Of a DNA stretch of 22,200 nt, positions 1 through 5,728 are shown one piece after another. How positions within the stretch are numbered: the first letter of the stretch is position 1; every line of letters starts with the position of its first letter. The notes beneath the pieces were generated by a model. The model ran no database searches. It had not been told where the DNA came from and worked only from the letters and a program-made list of their open reading frames with translations. The position numbers were made by a program, and so were the translations under genes. The stretch comes from a virus (lineage: Duplodnaviria; Heunggongvirae; Uroviricota; Caudoviricetes), in the IMG/VR virus record IMGVR_UViG_3300037471_001733, positions 1 to 22,200 of that record; one strand, written 5' to 3'.

Positions 1-1068
1 ATGCGACCGTTCACCGCCCTAGCCTGCTCCCTCATCGCGATCACGGCCCACGCGGGAGACGGGCCGTACCTGCAGAAATGGAGGTTCCAGGTGCACGAGA
101 TGGGAGCGCCGGAGGACATCGCCAGCGTGGCTCGCGCCATCAGCACCCCGGGGAAGTACATCGCCGGCCGGGCATGGCACGACGCCACACAGAACTACCA
201 AGCCGCGCTGTTCCAAACTGGACTGCGGCGCACCTTCATCCTGCCCGGCGGCACCGGGGAGGCTTCTGGCGTCAACTCCGGTGGCGAGGTGGTGGGCACG
301 TTCTGGGACGAGGCCGAGGGCCCGTGGCTGACGTCCCGCCGCGCGTTCCATTGGCGCAGCGGCGTCCTGACCACATTGCCTCAGTTCGGCAGCGGAAGCA
401 CGGTGGCCAACGCGGTCAACGAGCGCGGCGTCATCGCCGGCTGGTTCCATGCGACAACCGGCGAACAACACGGCTTCACGTACCGCAACGGCGTTTTTCG
501 GGATCTCGGAACCTGGGGAGGCGCGGCAGCAGAGATCACCTCGATCAACTACTACGGCGATGTGGCCGGCATGCGCTATCGCGGCACCCCGCTGACGCAG
601 GAAGCCGTCAGGGTCGTTGGGGGACGGGTCAACCCGCTCGGCAACCTCCTGCCGCAAGGCCTGGGCAGCCTCGCCCGGTCCATCAACGACCGCGGGGACG
701 TGGCCGGCGTCGCGTTCAACGGGGCAGTCGAAGGGGAAGGCTCGGTGGCATGGCCGTTCGCGGTGTTCGGCAGCAAGCTGGTGTGGCTCGTTCCGCAGAT
801 GGCTGGATGGGGCGGTGGTGCCCTCGGCATCAACAACCAGCGCCAAGTCGTTGGCGGCTACAGCCGGCCGCCAGAGGGTGGCGGCGCGTTCTTGTGGGAA
901 GACGGGAAGCTCACCGACCTATCAAACCTGCCGGAGGTCAAGGCGGCTGGCTGGGTGCAACTCCACACGGCCATAGCAATCAATGACGACGGCGTCATCG
1001 TTGGCGCCGGTATCACGACAGGCTCCCGCATGCGTGGATTCATGCTCGTTCCGATCAGAGGCAGGTGA
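1..1068 (+). CDS. Secreted HAF-repeat (DUF3466-like) beta-propeller protein, 355 aa
   Basis: Signal-peptide-like N-terminus (MRPFTALACSLIAITAHA). Repeated units such as ASGVNSGGEVVG, ANAVNERGVIAG, ARSINDRGDVAG, ALGINNQRQVVG, each followed by aromatic AFHW/GFTY/AFLW motifs. ATG is at base 1, so the upstream context cannot be seen. Confidence 0.8.
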   Translation: MRPFTALACSLIAITAHAGDGPYLQKWRFQVHEMGAPEDIASVARAISTPGKYIAGRAWHDATQNYQAALFQTGLRRTFILPGGTGEASGVNSGGEVVGTFWDEAEGPWLTSRRAFHWRSGVLTTLPQFGSGSTVANAVNERGVIAGWFHATTGEQHGFTYRNGVFRDLGTWGGAAAEITSINYYGDVAGMRYRGTPLTQEAVRVVGGRVNPLGNLLPQGLGSLARSINDRGDVAGVAFNGAVEGEGSVAWPFAVFGSKLVWLVPQMAGWGGGALGINNQRQVVGGYSRPPEGGGAFLWEDGKLTDLSNLPEVKAAGWVQLHTAIAINDDGVIVGAGITTGSRMRGFMLVPIRGR

Positions 1069-1163
1069 CTGCCACTTAAAATGCACTGCGTGAGGCTCGG
1101 CGGCCATGAACCATTCGACAGGCCGGGCCGGCGGTTGCCAGCCGTGCCGGCCTCACGCTGTAT

Positions 1164-1259
1164 TTACCGCAGCATCACAGCAAGCACATCGCGGTAGCCG
1201 GCAACAACAGGCGCGGCGCGTCGCGGCGCCGTCAGCGAAAGAACCAGGCCGAGTTTCAT
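1164..1259 (-). pseudogene. Probable truncated head-fibre gene remnant, 31 codons (MKLGLVLSLTAPRRAAPVVAGYRDVLAVMLR*)
   Basis: Not in the ORF track. ATG overlaps the spike-base stop (TGATG at 1261-1257). The M-x-LGL-x-LSL start resembles the N-terminus of fibre proteins that follow Rcc01079-type spike bases (Rcc01080 starts MIALGLGLGL, from memory). Stop at 1164-1166. Confidence 0.45.
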
Positions 1260-1525
1260 CAGTACAACCCAACGATGTTGGTCGCCGTGGTGCCGGTGGA
1301 AAGCACGCGGTCAGGGCGGATCGGCAACAGCGAGCCGGCCGGTACTGCCACCAGCGTCGCGGTCTGGATGCCGTTGCTGATGGCTAGGTTGCCGGCGCCG
1401 CCGACGTAGATGGCGCGCGGCTTGGCCGCCAAGTCAGTGCCATCGGCGGGGGTGATAGCGAACCAGTTCGTGGCCGGGGTGTCGAGGCCGTTGCCGTAGC
1501 TGGTGAATGTGTCGGTGGCAGACAT
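1259..1525 (-). CDS. Head spike base protein, RcGTA Rcc01079-like, 88 aa
   Basis: Motifs GLDTPATNWFAITPADGTDL, PRAIYVGGAG and VPAGSLLPIRPDRVLSTGTTATNIVGL match the family pattern. SD-like AGGA upstream. Confidence 0.8.
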   Translation of the reverse strand: MSATDTFTSYGNGLDTPATNWFAITPADGTDLAAKPRAIYVGGAGNLAISNGIQTATLVAVPAGSLLPIRPDRVLSTGTTATNIVGLY

Positions 1526-1528
1526 AGA

Positions 1529-1843
1529 TCAGTCCTTCCTCTGTGCTGCGTTGCGCAGCGACGTTTCGCAATGGCCTGGGTCCACGGCATCGAGCAGCCG
1601 GCACAAGATGCAGGCCCAGCGCCGGCCCTCGCGCCGCTGGCGCCCGGCGCGCGTGCTGATGTACTCGCCAACCGTCCCATTGGTGGCAACGTTGCCCACC
1701 AAGTCAAACGCCTTCGCCAAGTCCCAGGCGTGAGACGGGTTGCGGAAGATTGCCCAGACCATGCGCAGGCCGCCGGCCCAAGCGGCAAGCCAGCACAGCA
1801 TCCACAGGCCCAGCAACGCGGCGCGCGTCTTGATCGTTTTCAC
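1529..1843 (-). CDS. Conserved phage hypothetical membrane protein, 104 aa
   Basis: GTG start overlapping the holin stop (GTGA). N-terminal hydrophobic helix. C-terminal E-Y-I-S-T-R-A-G...WACILCRLLDAVDPGHC motif of a kind seen near phage lysis genes. Confidence 0.7.
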   Translation of the reverse strand: MKTIKTRAALLGLWMLCWLAAWAGGLRMVWAIFRNPSHAWDLAKAFDLVGNVATNGTVGEYISTRAGRQRREGRRWACILCRLLDAVDPGHCETSLRNAAQRKD

Positions 1844-2256
1844 GCTTTCCCCTTGAGTCGTTCGACCGACCGTATGCCGCTCAACCCGAGCAAGCCCGTC
1901 AGCAGCGCGAACAGAGCTTCACCATCCACGTCCGGCAGCGGCGGCACGTCATGCACGCCAGCGACGGTCAAGCACCACGGCAGTAGCGGGCGCAGGAGGA
2001 ATGTGTAGCCCATAGACGCGACGCATACCCAAAGCGCTGCGGGACGCGGGCCGCTTTTGAAAATGCTTGGCTGTTGCGCCTCGGTCTTGTTCACGTCAAT
2101 CTGGGCGAGCGCGAGACGCACTTCTGCATCCAGCGCAGCGAGTTCACCCTTCTGTGCCAGATCCAGGAGGCGCAGCTTCGCGTCCGCAGCGGTGGCTGCA
2201 TCGGGCAGCACCTTCTCCAGTGCCGATGTCAAGAGGGTTAGGAGTGCTGGGAGCAT
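1840..2256 (-). CDS. Holin family protein (GTA 3TM-holin-like), 138 aa
   Basis: IDVNKTEAQQPSIFKSGPRPAALWVC motif, hydrophobic segments, and C-terminal LLGLSGIRSVERLKGKA are typical of this family. Confidence 0.8.
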   Translation of the reverse strand: MLPALLTLLTSALEKVLPDAATAADAKLRLLDLAQKGELAALDAEVRLALAQIDVNKTEAQQPSIFKSGPRPAALWVCVASMGYTFLLRPLLPWCLTVAGVHDVPPLPDVDGEALFALLTGLLGLSGIRSVERLKGKA

Positions 2257-2264
2257 GATCTATG

Positions 2265-2298
2265 TTGAAGTAATGTGCTCTAACGTGTATAAATACAC
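2265..2298 (+). promoter_or_regulatory. Sigma70-like promoter for tnpA with overlapping inverted repeat
   Basis: TTGAAG (2265-2270), 17-bp spacer, TATAAA (2288-2293). Palindrome GTGTAT-AA-ATACAC (2285-2298). ATG at 2301 is 7 nt past the -10 box and has no SD. Confidence 0.55.
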
Positions 2299-2300
2299 CC

Positions 2301-2924
2301 ATGGAGCACACATTAAGCGTGGGCGAAGCGGCGGAAATGCTGGGCGTCACGGTCAAGACGTTGCAGCGATGGGAGCGCGAAGGGAGGTTGATCCCGCACG
2401 CACGCACGCCCACGGGCCGACGCCGATACACCGAGGTGCAATTGCGCGAGTTCATGGGCATCAAGCATCCGGCAGCCAAGCGCAAGGCCGTGGCCTACTG
2501 CCGCGTTTCCAGCGCAGCGCAGAAGCCCGACCTTGCCAACCAGCGTCGCGTGCTGGAGGAATTTGTCGCGGCGCGGGGCTTGGCGAATGTCGAGTTCATA
2601 GAGGAAGTCGGGGGCGGACTCAACTTCTCGCGCAAGAAGTTCCTTGCGCTGATGGACGCCGTGGGGCGCGGCGAAGTGGCGACGTTGGTGCTGGCGCACC
2701 GCGACCGGCTCACTCGCTTTGGCTTCGAGTGGTTCGAGCACTTTGCGCAACTGCACGCCTGCGAAATCTTGGTGCTCAACCAGGAGCGGCTGTCGCCGGA
2801 AGCCGAGATGGTGCAAGACCTCATGACCATCGTGCACTGCTTCTCGTCGCGCCTGTACGGGCTGCGCAACTACCGGCGCAAGCTGCAGGAAGCGCTGGGG
2901 CAGGATTCCGCTGGGGAGCAGTGA
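2301..2924 (+). CDS. tnpA: IS607-family serine transposase TnpA, 207 aa
   Basis: N-terminal MerR-like HTH (LSVGEAAEMLGVTVKTLQRWEREG, GRRRY), serine recombinase motif AYCRVSS, and DRLTRFGF. Confidence 0.95.
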   Translation: MEHTLSVGEAAEMLGVTVKTLQRWEREGRLIPHARTPTGRRRYTEVQLREFMGIKHPAAKRKAVAYCRVSSAAQKPDLANQRRVLEEFVAARGLANVEFIEEVGGGLNFSRKKFLALMDAVGRGEVATLVLAHRDRLTRFGFEWFEHFAQLHACEILVLNQERLSPEAEMVQDLMTIVHCFSSRLYGLRNYRRKLQEALGQDSAGEQ

Positions 2925-4228
2925 TGCAACTCGCCCACCGCATCGCCCTGGACCCCACGCCCGAGCAGCGCGAGTATTTCCAGCGCGCAGCAGGCACCGC
3001 TCGCTTCGTCTGGAATTGGGCGCTGGCCGAGTGGAACCGGCAGTACGCGGCCGGCCAGAAGCCAAACGCCAATGCCCTCAAGCGGCAGTTCAACGCCATC
3101 AAGTACACCGAGTTCCCATGGCTCGTAGACGTGCACCGCGACAGCCACGCACAGCCCTTCGCCAATCTCGCCAAGGCGTGGACCAAGTTCTTCAAGGACA
3201 TCCGCGAAGGCCGCGAGGCCCACGCGCCGCAGTTCAAGAAGAAGAACAAGAGCCGCGCATCTTTCTACGTCGCCAACGACAAGTTCGCCATCGACGGCAT
3301 GAGCGTGCGCCTGCCCATGGTGGGTCGCGTGGTGATGCGCGAGGCCCTGCGCTTCGAGGGCAAGGTGATGGCCGCGAGCGTGAGCCGCACGGCGGATCGC
3401 TGGTTCATCGCCTTTCAGGTGGATGTGCCCGACGCGCAGTTCTATCGCAAGCGCACCGGCCACGGCACGGTGGGCGTAGACCTGGGGCTGAAGGCCGCGG
3501 CCACACTGTCTACGGGCGAATCCATCCAGGCGCCCAAGCCATTGCGCGCGGCGCTGCGCCGTCTGCAAATCCGCCAACGGCGCCAGTCGCGCAAGATCGA
3601 GGCGGCCAAAGCTGCCGCAGGCATCAAGGGCAAGCGTGTCCCGAAAGGCGCACGACTGGAGAAGTCCAACAATTTCAAGAAGTCATCTGTCCCGTTGGCG
3701 CGGCTGCACGCGCGCATCGCCAATGTGAGAGCGGATTTCCTGCACAAGCTCACGACCCGTCTCTGCCGCGAAAACCAAGCGGTGGTGATCGAGGACTTGA
3801 ACGTGAGCGGCATGCTCGCCAACGAGAAGCTAGCCCGCGCCATCAGCGATGTCGGCTTCTTCGAGTTCCGGCGGCAACTCACCTACAAGGCTGCGCGCTA
3901 CGGCACGCGGCTGGTGGTGGCTGACCGCTGGTTCCCGAGCAGCCGACTGTGTTCGGCGTGCGGATGGAAGAACGAAGCGCTCAAGCTCAAGGACCGGGAA
4001 TGGGTCTGCTGCGGTTGCGGCAGCATCCACGACCGGGATGTGAACGCGGCGCTTAACCTCAAACGGCTCGCAACCGAAACTGCGCTACCCGTGGCAAGTG
4101 CGTCCGGCAACGGCGCTGCTGCGGCAGGGATGGTCCCTGCCGTGGTCGGGGAAGTCACGCCTGTCAGGCACGAGGCGGTCAGTAAGACGGCTCGGGGCAG
4201 GAAGAAAACTCCGCGCACTTGTGCGTAG
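2924..4228 (+). CDS. tnpB: IS607-family RNA-guided nuclease TnpB, 434 aa
   Basis: Start at ATG 2924 (MQLAHRIALDPT..AGTARFVWNWAL), coupled to the tnpA stop. RuvC motifs VGVDLG, VIEDL and HDRDVNAA are intact. Zn ribbon CSACG/CCGCG. Confidence 0.95.
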   Translation: MQLAHRIALDPTPEQREYFQRAAGTARFVWNWALAEWNRQYAAGQKPNANALKRQFNAIKYTEFPWLVDVHRDSHAQPFANLAKAWTKFFKDIREGREAHAPQFKKKNKSRASFYVANDKFAIDGMSVRLPMVGRVVMREALRFEGKVMAASVSRTADRWFIAFQVDVPDAQFYRKRTGHGTVGVDLGLKAAATLSTGESIQAPKPLRAALRRLQIRQRRQSRKIEAAKAAAGIKGKRVPKGARLEKSNNFKKSSVPLARLHARIANVRADFLHKLTTRLCRENQAVVIEDLNVSGMLANEKLARAISDVGFFEFRRQLTYKAARYGTRLVVADRWFPSSRLCSACGWKNEALKLKDREWVCCGCGSIHDRDVNAALNLKRLATETALPVASASGNGAAAAGMVPAVVGEVTPVRHEAVSKTARGRKKTPRTCA

Positions 4229-4262
4229 ATTTTTGAAAGCAGCATGATCAGTCCAATCCTTC
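4080..4262 (+). ncRNA. Putative omegaRNA (reRNA) of IS607 TnpB, boundaries approximate
   Basis: Inferred from the established rule that the TnpB guide RNA overlaps the tnpB 3' end and right end and takes its guide from the adjacent flank. Not verifiable from sequence alone. Confidence 0.4.
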
Positions 4263-4619
4263 TGGCCAATCCGGGATCGGCACTGTCTTGCCGGCCAGGT
4301 CGTGACTGCAATCGCTCAGAAACTCAATCTGCCCGTCGCGGACGAAGCTATGGCACTGCTGGCACGAGAATGGCGCGGGCTTCAGCGGGTGGTCGCGGTT
4401 GTAGGTACACCAGCAGTGCTCGCGCGGCTCGCCGCTGTATGCGTAGTGGCCCTGGCGCATGAGCAGGCTTGGCGAGAAGGTCGGCCGTTCGGCGTCGCCG
4501 TTCCAGTCCCATGCGCCGCCGATGCCTACGCTCACGTCGTGCGCGGCCTGGCACCCAGGGCACCAAAAAGAAAGCCGGCCATCGGGTCGGCGTCGGAGGA
4601 TTTTCGACAGCGCCTGCAT
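4248..4619 (-). CDS. Cys/His-rich phage protein, probable DUF6527 family, 123 aa
   Basis: FWCPGCQAAH, WDWNGDAERPTFSPSLL and CHSFVRDGQIEFLSDCSHDLAGKTV motifs. Confidence 0.75.
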   Translation of the reverse strand: MQALSKILRRRPDGRLSFWCPGCQAAHDVSVGIGGAWDWNGDAERPTFSPSLLMRQGHYAYSGEPREHCWCTYNRDHPLKPAPFSCQQCHSFVRDGQIEFLSDCSHDLAGKTVPIPDWPEGLD

Positions 4620-4622
4620 GGG

Positions 4623-5102
4623 TCAGGCCGCCTTCAGGTTTTCAGCGATGCGCTGCGTCCAGCCACGGCTGAAGGATGGCCACTGAGGCAAGTCGTTGAG
4701 GAAGTCCAGTCGCTCACCATTGAAGCGGCACATGAGTCGAAACCCGTCAGCCGCACGCATGGCCGCCAGCGTGACCGGCCCGAGCACGCCGTCATCCTTC
4801 ACGCCCAGCGCGCGCTGCATGAGCTTGGCCGCCTGCACGGGGCCGCTGTTGTAGGCGGTATCGAACAAGTCGAAGCGCACGGCGGCAGGAACCTCGTCTG
4901 CGTGAACCACGTCCCAATAGCTCGCCTTGGCGATCTTCTTGGCCAAGTCCAGAGGAAACACGCGCATGTCACCCGTGTAGCCGTTGGCGCGGGCCACGCG
5001 CTGTGTGATTCCGTAGCGGGTCGCCATACCGGGGTCGGCTGGGTGCGAGACGTAATCGCCCTCGTGCCCAAGCAAGCGCTGGAAAGCAGTATCGAAATCC
5101 AT
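4623..5102 (-). CDS. Endolysin, glycoside hydrolase family 108 with peptidoglycan-binding C-terminus
   Basis: LLGHEGDYVSHPADPG..TRYGIT, FDTAYNSGP..A, LQRALGV.DDG..GP.TL and FSRGWTQRI motifs. ATG 5102 preferred because AGGAGG lies 6 nt upstream. Confidence 0.92.
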   Translation of the reverse strand: MDFDTAFQRLLGHEGDYVSHPADPGMATRYGITQRVARANGYTGDMRVFPLDLAKKIAKASYWDVVHADEVPAAVRFDLFDTAYNSGPVQAAKLMQRALGVKDDGVLGPVTLAAMRAADGFRLMCRFNGERLDFLNDLPQWPSFSRGWTQRIAENLKAA

Positions 5103-5104
5103 GA

Positions 5105-5434
5105 TCACCCTCCTGCCGCCAGCCGGTATGCCGCCGCTCTCACATCGGACACGAGCAGCGTCATCCAGGCGTGCAGTGCATTGACCTCGCCGCCCGTCAG
5201 GTCACGAGGCTCGCGTGCTGATTCGCGCACCTCCTGCACCCGTACCACTGGCGCGTAGTCCAGGCGCACGATGTGCCGGCAGTGATACCGGTCCGTTACG
5301 TGCTGTGCATGCGCGCACAGGCCGGGCACGCACGGCAGCGAAGGCATTTCCAACCGTATGCCTTCGTGCATAACTATGCACACGCGACCATCCCACAGGA
5401 GTCGCGTTTGAATGGGGGGAAGGTCCAAGTCCAT
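5105..5434 (-). CDS. Hypothetical protein, 109 aa
   Basis: Strong SD (AAGGAG) 8 nt before the ATG; fills the gap between holin and endolysin. No family recognised. Confidence 0.65.
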   Translation of the reverse strand: MDLDLPPIQTRLLWDGRVCIVMHEGIRLEMPSLPCVPGLCAHAQHVTDRYHCRHIVRLDYAPVVRVQEVRESAREPRDLTGGEVNALHAWMTLLVSDVRAAAYRLAAGG

Positions 5435-5465
5435 TTGTCGCGCTCCTTTTCGTGCAGTAGGTCGC

Positions 5466-5678
5466 TCAGTCCTCGCGCGGCGCCTGATCCCGTCTTTCGC
5501 GCCTCACATCCCTGAGCCATCGCCAGACAAGATAGGCCATTTGCATCAGTAGAAAGATGCAGCCCAGAAACGCGGCCACGTCCGAGAACGTGAATCCGAA
5601 TACAGGGCCTGCCGTGACAGCTATCGCTGCGGGCGTTGCCTCAACAGCATGCTTGAGTAATTCAGGTTTCTGGCTCAC
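5466..5678 (-). CDS. Probable holin (T7 gp17.5-like), about 70 aa
   Basis: GTG 5678 after AAAGGCGG. Pattern ATPAAIAVTAGPVFGFTFSDVAAFLGCIFLLMQMAYLVWRW followed by a basic C-terminus. The ORF track starts at 5711. Confidence 0.6.
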   Translation of the reverse strand: MSQKPELLKHAVEATPAAIAVTAGPVFGFTFSDVAAFLGCIFLLMQMAYLVWRWLRDVRRERRDQAPRED

Positions 5679-5728
5679 GGCCGCCTTTCGGTTGCAATCA
5701 GGTGGTTGCATGCTCTACCTGAAGATCG

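Larger units (their letters stand above)
2252..4249. repeat. 9-bp direct repeat AGCATGATC at 2252-2260 and 4241-4249 flanking IS607
   Basis: Read directly; the flanking bases differ on both sides (g/c before, t/a after). Confidence 0.9.
2261..4249 (+). mobile_element. IS607-family element (tnpA + tnpB), about 1.99 kb
   Basis: Serine-recombinase tnpA overlapping tnpB (TGATG at 2922-2926). Bounded by identical AGCATGATC at 2252-2260 and 4241-4249. Removing it restores a TGA-TC-ATG gene junction. The exact crossover within the 9 bp is ambiguous. Confidence 0.9.

Noticed and set aside
1158-1172. CTGTATTTACCGCAG as a LexA box
   Set aside because: The spacing is CTG-N9-CAG, not the required N10.
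1522-2265. 10-bp inverted repeat ACATAGATCA (1522-1531) / TGATCTATGT (2256-2265) as inversion sites for the serine recombinase
   Set aside because: A 10-bp match is expected by chance at this scale, and both flanked genes are in normal orientation and coupling.
2057-2923. 723-aa ORF-track version of TnpB starting at 2057
   Set aside because: The extension overlaps the holin (antisense) and tnpA (other frame). TnpB homology begins at ATG 2924, which is coupled to the tnpA stop.
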